Source of the DNA: Methanobacteriota archaeon
GTDB taxonomy: Archaea; Thermoplasmatota; E2; DHVEG-1
Direction: 5' to 3'
Assembly (NCBI GenBank): GCA_963769885.1
Contig: CAVYNH010000006.1
Coordinates: forward strand, 640,001-704,000
DNA: 64,000 nt
The position numbers and the translations under genes were made by a program. Shown in pieces: positions 9,967 through 19,787 of this stretch (position 1 is the stretch's first letter; each line of letters opens with the position of its first letter). The notes below the pieces were generated by a model. That model worked only from the letters and a program-made list of their open reading frames with translations. It searched no databases and was not told where the DNA came from.

Positions 9967-11985
9967 CTAAGGGGAGGCGGCTCGAGTCTTGCCAGGCCTG
10001 GGTGCGGCGTCGGTGGTGATTTCGTGAATCATCGCCAGGATTTGCGTGTCTTTGAAGCCCCGCTGTTGCATGGCGCCGGACGGGCACGCGCTCACGCAGG
10101 TCCCGCAGCCCTGGCAGAGGCCTTCGTTGACCTTCACCGTGATAACGGTCTTTCCATCTACGGTCTCCTCTACGGTTTCGATCGCGGAGTACGGGCACGT
10201 CGGGATGCACACCTTGCAGCCGCTGCAGAGCTCCTTGGTCACGACCGCGGTGTTCGGCTCCGCCAATAAGGTCGGCTGCGCGAGAATTGCTGCCGCTCGT
10301 GCGGCGGCGCCGCTGGCATGGGCTACGGTATCCTGGATGTCTTTGGGGCCTTGACAGCATCCGGCGAAAAAGATGCCGTTGACGAAGGCGTCCATAGGGC
10401 GGAGCTTGGGGTGGGCTTCGAGGAAGAAGCCGTCAGCGCTTCGGCTGAGTCTGAGCAGGCGTGCGATGTCCACGGTGTCGTGGCGTGGGACCATGGCTGG
10501 GACCAAAACGACGAGGTCGGTTTTAATCTCGAAGAGTTTATTTGTGGTGGTGTCGTAAATATCGATTTTCTGTTGGTTTCCTTGTTGGCGGACTTCGCTG
10601 GGTCGGCCACGGAAGAGGTTGGTGTGCTGGCCGCGGATTTTACGGTAGAATTCCTCATAGCCTTTACCGTAGGACCGTACGTCCTGGTAGCAGAGGTTGA
10701 TTTCTGCGTCCGGGAGTTTTTCTTGGATGAGGTAGATTTGTTTGAGGGCGGTCATGCAGCCGATGCGGCAGCACCAGGTGCATTGGGTCTCGTCGCGACT
10801 GCCGACGCAGAGGATGAAGGTGACGCTGTGCGGTGGTTGGTGGTTGGAGGGCCGTAATATTTCGCCGTTGGTGGGTCCTGAGCTGTTAATGAGTCGTTCG
10901 AGTTCGAGGGTGGTGATGACATCGGGTGAGGTGGCGTAGCCGAGCTCGTAGAGTGCGGTGGGGTCGAGGAGGTCGTAACCGGTGGCGACGATGATCGCGC
11001 CGGCTGTTTTCTCGATGAGTTTTTCTTTTTGGGTGAAGTCGATGGCGCCTGGGACGCAGGCTTTCTCGCAGAGGGAGTGGTCGCCGCATTTGCCTCGGGT
11101 GAGGTACAGGCATTTGGCTGGGTCGATGGTGTAGTTGAGAGGGATGGCTTGGGGGAAGGGCATGTAGACGGCGCCACGTTTGCCGAGGCCTTGGTTGAAC
11201 TCGCTGGGGATATGGTCTTTCAGGCGGCAGGCGGTGGCGCAGTCGCCGCAGCCTGTGCATTTGGTTGTGTCGACGTACCTGGGTTTTTGTTTGATTTTGA
11301 TGGTGTAGTTGCCGATGCTCCCCTCGATGCTGTGGATGGTGCAGTAGGTGAGGAGGTCGATGTTCTTGTGGTGGGCGACTTCCATCATTTTTGGTGTGAG
11401 GATGCAGCCGGAGCAGTCGAGGGTGGGGAAGGTTTTGTCGAGTTGGGCCATGTGGCCGCCGATGCTGGGGTCGCGTTCTACGAGGGTGACTTTATAGCCG
11501 TTGTTGGCGAGGTCGAGGCTGGCTTGGATGCCGGCGATGCCGCCGCCGATGACGAGGGCCTCGGGGGTGACGGTGATGGTGGCAGGGGTGAGCGGTTCTT
11601 GGAGGCCGGCGTTGGCAACGGCGCAGCGGACGAGGGCTTTGGCTTTTTCTGTTGCGGTGGTCTTGTCTTGGTGGACCCAGCTGCATTGTTCGCGGATGTT
11701 GGCGATTTCGACGCAGTAGGCGTTGAGGCCGGCGTCTGTCGCGACTTGGCGGAAGGTGTGCTCGTGCATGCGTGGGCTGCAACAGGCGACGACGATGGCG
11801 TCGAGGTGGTGGGTGTGGATGGCTTTTTTAATTTTGGTGGCGCCGACGTCGCTGCACATGTATTTGTAGTGGTCCGCGATGGCGACGTTGGGCAGCGTGC
11901 TGGCGTACTGGGTGAGTGCTTCGACGTCGACGGTTTGGGCGATGTTGATGCCGCAGTGGCAGACGAAGACGCCGATCTTCCTCAT
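9967..11985 (-). CDS. hdrA: Heterodisulfide reductase subunit A
   Basis: MRKIGVFVCHCG, ANIREQCSWVH, GGGIAG FAD motif, LDKTFPTLDC, EAHPKLRP, GPKDI, C-terminal ferredoxin motifs. Confidence 0.96.
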   Translation of the reverse strand: MRKIGVFVCHCGINIAQTVDVEALTQYASTLPNVAIADHYKYMCSDVGATKIKKAIHTHHLDAIVVACCSPRMHEHTFRQVATDAGLNAYCVEIANIREQCSWVHQDKTTATEKAKALVRCAVANAGLQEPLTPATITVTPEALVIGGGIAGIQASLDLANNGYKVTLVERDPSIGGHMAQLDKTFPTLDCSGCILTPKMMEVAHHKNIDLLTYCTIHSIEGSIGNYTIKIKQKPRYVDTTKCTGCGDCATACRLKDHIPSEFNQGLGKRGAVYMPFPQAIPLNYTIDPAKCLYLTRGKCGDHSLCEKACVPGAIDFTQKEKLIEKTAGAIIVATGYDLLDPTALYELGYATSPDVITTLELERLINSSGPTNGEILRPSNHQPPHSVTFILCVGSRDETQCTWCCRIGCMTALKQIYLIQEKLPDAEINLCYQDVRSYGKGYEEFYRKIRGQHTNLFRGRPSEVRQQGNQQKIDIYDTTTNKLFEIKTDLVVLVPAMVPRHDTVDIARLLRLSRSADGFFLEAHPKLRPMDAFVNGIFFAGCCQGPKDIQDTVAHASGAAARAAAILAQPTLLAEPNTAVVTKELCSGCKVCIPTCPYSAIETVEETVDGKTVITVKVNEGLCQGCGTCVSACPSGAMQQRGFKDTQILAMIHEITTDAAPRPGKTRAASP

Positions 11986-12870
11986 TGTTTGCCTCCGGTG
12001 AGGTTGAGTTTGTGGACGGGGCTGAGGTTGAGGTCGAAGCCGAGTTTGGCGGGGTCGAGTCCGAGGGCGACGCCGAGGAGTTGGGTGAGGTAGACGACGG
12101 GGAGGTCGAGTTTGGCGGCGACGGTCTCGCCGGCCTTGGCCTGGCGGCTGTCGAGCATCTTGTGGCACCAGGGGCAGACGTCGACGACTCCGGAGACGTT
12201 TAGTTCTTGGATGGCTTGGAGTTTCTGTCCTGTTTTGGTGAGCGAGGTCTCGGGTTTGTTGGGGAGGAGTGGGGCGCCGCAGCAGTCGAGTTTCTGGGGG
12301 TAGTGGGTGAGGGGTTCGGCGCCGAGGGTTTTGAGGATGTTTTCGACTTTTTGTGGGTTTTCGCTGTCGTCGGGGCGGCCGAGTTCTTTGGGGCGGATGG
12401 CGTGGCAGCCGTAGTGGACGGCGAGTTTGAGGCCGGTGAGCGGGTGTTTCACGTTCTTCTTGATTTTTTCAAGGCCGATGATGTCGTGGAGGAGGTCGAT
12501 GGTGTGGACGATGGTGGTGGTGCCGGTGTAGTGGAGGCCTTCGGCCTTGAGCATCTCGTTGACTCTCGCGTGCATCTCTTGGTTCTTCTGCAGGATGAGG
12601 TTGGTCTCGTGGAGCGCGAGGGCGCAGAGGGCGCATGGCGCGTAGAAGGGGAGGTGCTGCTGTTCCGCGAGGGCGAGGTTCCTGGTGGAGAGGTAGAGGG
12701 TGAGGGTTTGGTTCACGCTTTTCATCGGCTCGCCGCAGCAGGAGAGTCCGGGGAGGTCGACGAGGTCGATGCCCAGAATAGGGAGGCTGGCTCGCAGGGA
12801 GAGTTCGTAGGCGGTACTGTTCCGTGGGCATGAGGCAGCCGGGGAACAGGGCGTACCGTTGATGAGTCAT
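11982..12870 (-). CDS. hdrB: Heterodisulfide reductase subunit B (apparent frameshift at 12813-12814)
   Basis: YALFPGC..., SCCG, CALC, HYGCH, DCCG, CPWC (CCG domains); removing one base joins the two ORFs. Confidence 0.92.
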
Positions 12871-12882
12871 GGAATCGACAAC

Positions 12883-13410
12883 TCAGGGTTTTTGCATGGC
12901 GATCGCCATGATGCTAGCCTGGAATTTGGAGAGGTCGGAGGGAGTCGATAAGGGTGGGAGGCCGAGTTGGTCCCGGGTGATGCTCGCGTTCGCGGCGGTG
13001 TTGACGGTCTGCGCTTCCTGGAGTAGTCCGGTGCCGAGGATCGACTGCAGCATGGCCGTGTATTTGCCGGGGAGTTCTTTGCCGCTCTGGACCGCGAGGT
13101 TCTTGGCCGCGAAGAGGATTTCGATGGGGGCGACTTGTTGGGGGCAGCGTTCCCTGCATTTCATGCAGGTCATGCAGGTCCAGATGACGTCGCTGTTGGT
13201 GAGTTCGGTGATGAGGCCTCTTTTGAGAAGTGCGACGATCTTGTGTGGCTCGAGTTCGAGGAGCTTGTGGGCCTCGCAGCCGCTGGTGCATTTGGCGCAC
13301 TGGTAGCAGTAGTCGCTGGCGTGCTGCTGGAGGCGTTTGAGGCGGTCGTTGATCTCCGCGCGGACGTCGGACTGCGGCTCCCCCATCGAGGTCAGGTCAG
13401 TAATGGTCAT
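12883..13410 (-). CDS. hdrC: Heterodisulfide reductase subunit C
   Basis: CYQCAKCTSGC and IWTCMTCMKCRERCP 4Fe-4S motifs; upstream of hdrB. Confidence 0.93.
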   Translation of the reverse strand: MTITDLTSMGEPQSDVRAEINDRLKRLQQHASDYCYQCAKCTSGCEAHKLLELEPHKIVALLKRGLITELTNSDVIWTCMTCMKCRERCPQQVAPIEILFAAKNLAVQSGKELPGKYTAMLQSILGTGLLQEAQTVNTAANASITRDQLGLPPLSTPSDLSKFQASIMAIAMQKP

Positions 13411-13437
13411 AGGTGTTGTTTTTCCCCCACATGCCTG

Positions 13438-13462
13438 ATATTAACGATTGTTAATATATATA
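13438..13462 (-). promoter_or_regulatory. TATA box with overlapping palindromic operator for hdrCBA
   Basis: ATATTAAC-GATT-GTTAATAT perfect 8-bp inverted repeat (13438-13457) adjoining TATATA, about 30-50 bp upstream of hdrC. Confidence 0.55.
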
Positions 13463-13597
13463 GCTTGTGTGCCCTCGCTTTGTGGTGTTTATCCCGAGTG
13501 CGTATTTAAAACTATCAATGGAGTACGAGAGGGGATTCCTCACGTTAGACGAGGCGTCGGATACCGGCTTTGTACTGACATGTCCGTACCTGTATGG

Positions 13598-14488
13598 TCA
13601 CGACGCGGTCATATTGACTGTGAAGCCGGCTGCAATGGCGGAGCCGAGGTAGCATTTCTCGCCGCCGTCCTCGCTCATCCAGATCTTGATGCCGCTGAAC
13701 TCATACAAGGCTGGACAGGCGAAGTAGGTCTCGTCGAAGCGGACTTTTCCTGGCAGGCTCCCGCGTAGCTCGCCGTTCCTGATCCTGGGGCCGAGCAGGC
13801 CAAGCGTCGTCGCCCAGCCATCGGCATAGACATAATCGGTACGAAACCAATTATACAGCCCGACGCTGAAGAAATCCGCGACCGCAACAGGATTGATATC
13901 CACCCGGTAGACGAGGGCCTCCCCGAAGCCTTCGATTGCACCGCCGATTGCCATAAGGATTGATCCGATGATGCCAGGATAGGGATGGGCGGTTAAGAGG
14001 ACACTGATGAGGAAGATGGCGATGCCGGTCATGATGATGATGAAGGGCAGCGGCCGGCCGGTGTACGTCAACGTGGTATGCCCGGCGACGAGGCAGAAGA
14101 GGTTCAAGTCCACAAGCCCTGCCGCCTGCGGGTTTCTCTGCCCCGAAGGCTCCTCTCGGTACCACCGTGTGACGAGCCCCTGCGCCTGCGCAAGCGAGAG
14201 GCCGCCGAACACCCCGTACGGGTACAGTCGGGCCACGGCCGAGGTGTAGGCCTGATAGCGTTCCGCGGTCGTTGTGGCAGTGCCGGCGTCTCGGTTGACG
14301 TCATCAATAATTTCACGGATCTCTTGAACGGCCGCCTCGGAGAGGGTCACGCGGGACTGCTGGGGGCCTGTTGCGCCGGTCAACTCAACAGTAATCTGAC
14401 GTTGGGTATCTGCGGCGGTGAGCGAGGGCCCGAGCGTCGCACACAGCATGATGCCTGCAAGGATGCTGCCGATCAGTCGTCTCATCAT
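13598..14488 (-). CDS. Hypothetical secreted/membrane protein
   Basis: Signal peptide MMRRLIGSILAG; central hydrophobic hairpin; directly follows the NosD gene. Confidence 0.7.
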   Translation of the reverse strand: MMRRLIGSILAGIMLCATLGPSLTAADTQRQITVELTGATGPQQSRVTLSEAAVQEIREIIDDVNRDAGTATTTAERYQAYTSAVARLYPYGVFGGLSLAQAQGLVTRWYREEPSGQRNPQAAGLVDLNLFCLVAGHTTLTYTGRPLPFIIIMTGIAIFLISVLLTAHPYPGIIGSILMAIGGAIEGFGEALVYRVDINPVAVADFFSVGLYNWFRTDYVYADGWATTLGLLGPRIRNGELRGSLPGKVRFDETYFACPALYEFSGIKIWMSEDGGEKCYLGSAIAAGFTVNMTAS

Positions 14489-14489
14489 T

Positions 14490-15593
14490 CTATCTTCCTC
14501 CCAAAGCATCGTCAGGGTAGGGGCTCTGGGCTGGCGAGAAATCATGCATCGTCCACGACACCCCCGGGGCTCCGAACCACGACAACAGTTCACTGAGAAT
14601 CATCGTTCCATAGATCGCCTTCTTGCCGGAGACGGGCTGCTCCCAGTAGTTCCCGTCCCATTTCACCAGCTGCAAAGAGACGATGAAGGGAACCTTGACC
14701 CGGTCCCATAGTGAAAACGAGAACACCGCATCTTCGTTGTCCTGGATGAACGTGTTCTCCTTGACCTCGCAGAGGATCGCATGGTCGATGTTCACCCCGA
14801 TGCGGTTCCCCGTAATGTTATTCCTCAGGAGGAGATGGTCGTCGCCGGTGATCATGACGCCGGTGTCTGAGCCGGCGATGTAGTTTCCTTCGGCATCGCC
14901 ATGATCGAACCAGCCGAGGGCGACCTGCGGGTTATCTATGAAGCGGTTCTGCCGCAGCATCGAGTCGCCTCCCCTGTACCCATACCCTGTATTACCACTG
15001 ATCGTGTTGTTCGTGATGAGGCCGCCGGATCCTTCATCGTCGATCCCCAGCCCAGTGTTGTTCCGGATGAGGTTATGGTCGATCGTGTTTTCGTGTGAGA
15101 CCCAGATCCTGATGCCATCTTGATTGCATTCGATGATGTTATCGCAAATGACGTTCCGATTCGAATTGTGCAGATACACCCCGTATTGATAGTACCCGGT
15201 GCTGTTCCGGATGGTGAAGCCCGACACCTGGCTGGCGCCCCCGGAGAGCAGGACGCCATGCCCCGCCGCCATCGCATCAATGACCGTCGTACTCTTGTTT
15301 TCCCCCATCAAAATCACGCTGTGGCTCACCACAACGCGCTCACGGTAGAGCCCGGAGAACACATACACGGTGTCATTCGCATTGGTATGGTTGACGCCGT
15401 CCATGATGTGCTGGAACGGATGCTCCAGCGTCCCTTCCCATGGCCCCTGCGTGTTGTCATCGTCGACATAGATCGTCTGCGAACCCGCAGGACTCACAGC
15501 CTTTACAGGATTCACAGCGACCACCGCGAAGGCGGACTCAAGGCAGACAAAACCGACGACGAAGACTGCGACAAGGCCACGGAAAGCAACCAT
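14490..15593 (-). CDS. Secreted NosD/CASH beta-helix protein
   Basis: IYVDDDNTQGPWEGT..HPFQHI.DGV, N-rich repeats, GNYW, DFSPAQSPY. Confidence 0.88.
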   Translation of the reverse strand: MVAFRGLVAVFVVGFVCLESAFAVVAVNPVKAVSPAGSQTIYVDDDNTQGPWEGTLEHPFQHIMDGVNHTNANDTVYVFSGLYRERVVVSHSVILMGENKSTTVIDAMAAGHGVLLSGGASQVSGFTIRNSTGYYQYGVYLHNSNRNVICDNIIECNQDGIRIWVSHENTIDHNLIRNNTGLGIDDEGSGGLITNNTISGNTGYGYRGGDSMLRQNRFIDNPQVALGWFDHGDAEGNYIAGSDTGVMITGDDHLLLRNNITGNRIGVNIDHAILCEVKENTFIQDNEDAVFSFSLWDRVKVPFIVSLQLVKWDGNYWEQPVSGKKAIYGTMILSELLSWFGAPGVSWTMHDFSPAQSPYPDDALGGR

Positions 15594-15773
15594 CAGCTAT
15601 CCTCCCTACTCACAAACACAAGCGCCTTTGCCGTATTTAAATGATACCACCTCATTATTTAAACACCACATACGAAAAGAAAACGAACACACCGACCTCC
15701 ACTATCACCGACGAAAATCGGAACCCTTATAAGCCAACAGAATTTCAACTACACTTCGGGGAGACGACAAGAG

Positions 15774-17687
15774 ATGGCAACCACTCATGATGCTGACACC
15801 CTTTTGCGTTCACGACTCCCACCCATCCAGTACCACAAACTCACGGCGATCGCCAACCCCGCCGTCCACGACTTCATCGCCACCACCATCCACCACTGCA
15901 ACCCCGCCACCGTGTTCGTCAGCACCGACTCACCCCACAACCTCGCCGCCATCCGCCAGGCCGCCATCGACACCCACGAAGAACACCCCCTCAAGACCCC
16001 CGGCCACACCATCCACTTCGACGGCCCCCACGACCAAGGCCGCGACAAAGACCACACCAAATTCCTGCTTCCACAAGGAGTCGACCTCGGCCCCGAAATC
16101 AACGCCCTCGACCGACAAACCGGCCTCCAAGAACTCCACACACTCCTAGAAAACATCATGGCCGGCCACACCCTCTACATCAAATTCTACTGCCTCGGCC
16201 CCGCTAACTCCCCCTTCACCATCCCCTGCCTCCAGCTCACCGACTCCGCCTACGTCGCCCACAGCGAAGACCTCCTCTACCGCCAAGGCTACCCCCACTT
16301 CATCCACCACCCCAACGCCCCCGTCTTCAAGTTCCTCCACTCCCAAGGCCAACTCCAACCCGCCGGCCTCGGCCTCATGGTCAGCAAGAACATCGACCAA
16401 CGCCGCGTCTACATCGACCTCCAAGACGAAACCATCTACAGCATCAACACCCAATACGGCGGCAACAGCATCGGCCTCAAAAAACTCGCCATGCGCCTCG
16501 GCATCCACCGCGGCAGCCAGGAAGGCTGGCTCACCGAACACATGCTGCTCATGGGCATCCGCGGCCCCAACAACCGCCTGACCTACCTCGCCGGCGCCTT
16601 CCCCAGCATATGCGGCAAAACCTCCACCGCCATGATGAACGGCGAGACCATCGTCGGCGACGACATCGCGTTCCTGCGCAACATCGGCGGCGTCTGCCGC
16701 GCCGTCAACGTCGAGGCCGGCATGTTCGGCATCATCGAAGGTATCAACCACACCGTCGACCCCCTCCAATGGGATGCCCTCACCAAGCCCGCCGAGATTA
16801 TCTTCTCCAACCAGCTCGTCACCACAGACAACGACGTCTACTGGAACGGGCGAGACAAACACCCGCCGGCTGCGGGCGTGAACTTCACCGGCGACTGGCA
16901 CCACGGCAAAACCGAAGCCAACGGCAAAATCATCCCTCCGTCGCACAAGAACGCCCGGTTCACGTTCAACCTGGCCATCCTCCCCAACGTCGACCCTGCC
17001 TTGCACGCCCCCAACGGCGTTGAGGTCCAGGCGATTGTCTACGGCGGCCGGGACTCGGACACCTCAGTGCCAATCGAGGAAAGCTTCGACTGGACCCACG
17101 GGCTCATCACGAAGGGCGCCTTCCTGGAGTCGGAGACGACCGCGGCCACGCTGGGCGCCGAGGGCGTCCGCGCCTTCAACCCTATGTCCAACCTCGACTT
17201 CCTCTCCATCCCGATCGAGCGGTACATCGAGGACAACCTGCGGTTCGGCGCAGGCCTCCGCAAGCCGCCGCGGATCTTCGGCGTCAACTACTTCCTCAAG
17301 GACAAGGACGGCGCATGGCTCTCCGAGAAGAACGACAAGGCGGTCTGGCTGAAATGGATCGACCGCCGCGTCCACAGGGAGGTCGAGGCGATCACCACGC
17401 CGACCGGGATGATCCCCCGGCATGGCACGCTCGAGAAGCTCTTCGCCGAAGTCCTACAGAAGCAGTATCCGCTGGAGACGTACCGTCGGCAGTTCACAGT
17501 CCGGGTCAGGGAGAACCTCGCCAAGATTGACCGGATGACGACGATCTACAAAACCCGCGTGATGCACACGCCGGCGGTCCTCTTCTCTATCTTGGAGGAG
17601 CAGCAGCGGCGCCTCCATGAGGCCCAGGCCACGTACGGTGATTACATCGCTCCCGAGCAGCTATGCCGTCGTGAGCGGAGCGGTTAG
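15774..17687 (+). CDS. pckG: Phosphoenolpyruvate carboxykinase (GTP)
   Basis: YGGNS, WLTEHM, GAFPSICGKT, VGDDIA, HKNARFT, YGGRD. Confidence 0.96.
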   Translation: MATTHDADTLLRSRLPPIQYHKLTAIANPAVHDFIATTIHHCNPATVFVSTDSPHNLAAIRQAAIDTHEEHPLKTPGHTIHFDGPHDQGRDKDHTKFLLPQGVDLGPEINALDRQTGLQELHTLLENIMAGHTLYIKFYCLGPANSPFTIPCLQLTDSAYVAHSEDLLYRQGYPHFIHHPNAPVFKFLHSQGQLQPAGLGLMVSKNIDQRRVYIDLQDETIYSINTQYGGNSIGLKKLAMRLGIHRGSQEGWLTEHMLLMGIRGPNNRLTYLAGAFPSICGKTSTAMMNGETIVGDDIAFLRNIGGVCRAVNVEAGMFGIIEGINHTVDPLQWDALTKPAEIIFSNQLVTTDNDVYWNGRDKHPPAAGVNFTGDWHHGKTEANGKIIPPSHKNARFTFNLAILPNVDPALHAPNGVEVQAIVYGGRDSDTSVPIEESFDWTHGLITKGAFLESETTAATLGAEGVRAFNPMSNLDFLSIPIERYIEDNLRFGAGLRKPPRIFGVNYFLKDKDGAWLSEKNDKAVWLKWIDRRVHREVEAITTPTGMIPRHGTLEKLFAEVLQKQYPLETYRRQFTVRVRENLAKIDRMTTIYKTRVMHTPAVLFSILEEQQRRLHEAQATYGDYIAPEQLCRRERSG

Positions 17688-18067
17688 CTACCCACTCCGC
17701 CCACAAAAATAACGCATTTCGGACGCAATGAATAACTATTTAAGAGGCCCACCTCCTCTCCCTATCTTGTAAGAAGAGAGAAGTAAGAATTTCGTGCCCA
17801 GTCTTTTCCGCCGGGGTTTTTATTTTTTTTGACTTGCACGCCTTCAGACCACCCAGCGGCTGAGGAGGTGACCGACCACGGTAACCGACAAGAGACGACA
17901 CGACCAAAAACAGCGCAAGAACAAGATTCAACGGAAGAGCGCGAAGTTCTAAGCAACCACCCCTCTTTTTTTCTTCTCTTTCATAACCATCTCAGAAGTA
18001 TGCTGGAAAAAATAAAAAAAAGAAAGAAAAGATCTTAGCAAAAAAACGAGTAACTCGGATTTTTCGA

Positions 18068-18208
18068 CTAGTATCTTTTTGGTCTATGATTCTGGAAGCA
18101 CTCCCGGCAATAGACCGGTCGGCTGCCATCCGGCTTGAAGGGAACTTGCGCTTCCTTGCCGCAGTCTGCACACGTCACGGTATGCATTTCTCGATTTTCG
18201 TTATACAT
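18068..18208 (-). CDS. CxxC-x17-CxxC zinc-ribbon small protein
   Basis: Hand translation MYNENREMHTVTCADCGKEAQVPFKPDGSRPVYCRECFQNHRPKRY; absent from the ORF track. Confidence 0.92.
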   Translation of the reverse strand: MYNENREMHTVTCADCGKEAQVPFKPDGSRPVYCRECFQNHRPKRY

Positions 18209-18425
18209 GTTTTTTCCTATGACGTACCGAAATACGTCCTGCCACTACTACGCAGAGGTGGTATTAATAGCTATGGGGTCTGAGATCACGGTTGGTCATG
18301 GTATACCCGGATACGCGGATGACAATCAGGGTCTTTTTTTTTAAGAAAAAATATGGGGGGATCAGGCAGCGTTCTGCCTGATTATCATCCAACGTACTTG
18401 TTGGTTGGTTTTCTGAGCCCAGGCA

Positions 18426-19616
18426 TCATATCTTAAAGGGGTTCATCAACGGGTACATGTCTTGATTCAGCCCTCCAGGAATCCTGTAAGGGGTGTCTCC
18501 GATGCCGTCATGGTTCAGGTCAACGCCGGTGTAATCGTCCCAGTAGTTCCCTTGTTTCAAGGCGATGCTGTCCCATATATCGATGGAGTCATCCCAGGCG
18601 TTATACCGTGCATTGTGTCTGAAATTATTGTGGTAGAAGGTGTTGTTGTCAGAAGTATAGATGCTGACTCCATGGTAGGGTGCGTTGCCGGTGATATTGT
18701 TCGTGGTGATGGTATTGTCTCGGCTATGAGCCTGGAGGCTGATTCCTCGCCAGTTATTGAGGATTTGATTCCGATCGATAACACTCCGTGCGCTTGAATA
18801 GAGGAGGATGCCGTAACTATTACAGTTCGTGATCGTATTGCGGATGATCTGGTTGCCTATACAGCCGTTGCAGGTGATGCCGGCGCGATCATCGGCAGCA
18901 AAGGAGATGGTGTTTCCATAGATGATATTGTAGTTCGACCCACTGAGGACGATGACATCCCAGTAGGTAAAGGCGAGGACATTTCCGCGGATAGAGTTGA
19001 AGTTACTCGAATCCTGAAGGAAGATGCACCAGTTCTGACCTCGGTCTGCAATCACGTTATCGCTTAAGGCGTTGTTGCTTGAACGCACTAGCAACAAACA
19101 CGCTGAGCCAAAGGAGATCCTATTTCCGTAGATATTATTTGAGTTTGATTCTAGCCTAATCCCGTTCCCAGTTCCTGCATTGACGATGGTGCATCCTTTG
19201 ACGACATTGAAGTTCGCCTGTATTCGTACGGCGTTCCCCTGAGAGCCTTGGTGGCGGATGTAAAAGGTAGAGATATTGACTAACTGGACTACCGACACGA
19301 CGCAATCCCCGATGCCGCCGCCGTCGATGATCGTGTTGATCCTATCTTGACCGATCAGGTTGATTTGTTTGTTGACGATGACGTTTTCATAGTAGAGTCC
19401 ATTGAAGACATAGACCGTATCACCTTTCTGGGCGTTATTGATTCCGTCCTGGATATGCCGGTATGGATGGAGGAGCGTTCCATCCCATGGCCCGTAAATG
19501 TTATCGTCATCGACATAGATCGTCCTGCCCTGCGCTTGACATCGCTCAGCCGAGAGAATGGTTGGAACCATCAGCATGCATACGACTATTGCTATTATCG
19601 TTCTCTTCATCTTCAT
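18426..19616 (-). CDS. Secreted NosD/CASH beta-helix protein
   Basis: IYVDDDN..GPWDGT, GNYWDDY.G.D.N.DGIGDTPY. Confidence 0.88.
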   Translation of the reverse strand: MKMKRTIIAIVVCMLMVPTILSAERCQAQGRTIYVDDDNIYGPWDGTLLHPYRHIQDGINNAQKGDTVYVFNGLYYENVIVNKQINLIGQDRINTIIDGGGIGDCVVSVVQLVNISTFYIRHQGSQGNAVRIQANFNVVKGCTIVNAGTGNGIRLESNSNNIYGNRISFGSACLLLVRSSNNALSDNVIADRGQNWCIFLQDSSNFNSIRGNVLAFTYWDVIVLSGSNYNIIYGNTISFAADDRAGITCNGCIGNQIIRNTITNCNSYGILLYSSARSVIDRNQILNNWRGISLQAHSRDNTITTNNITGNAPYHGVSIYTSDNNTFYHNNFRHNARYNAWDDSIDIWDSIALKQGNYWDDYTGVDLNHDGIGDTPYRIPGGLNQDMYPLMNPFKI

Positions 19617-19787
19617 ACCCCTTTTTTTTATTTGAAATTTCGACTCCTTTTTGAAAAGTATGTTCATTTTATAATGATTTCGATACAAGAAAAGAGACCT
19701 TTTCCCTTCCCCTCACGAATTCTTCAGGGAGGACTTGTGACCTGGACTCTCGCCGCTTCCTATGAGAAACGCTCGATGTATCCTTCT

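Noticed and set aside
12805-12820. Programmed frameshift or pseudogenisation of hdrB
   Set aside because: No slippery heptamer, and it has the same single-base duplication signature as four unrelated genes
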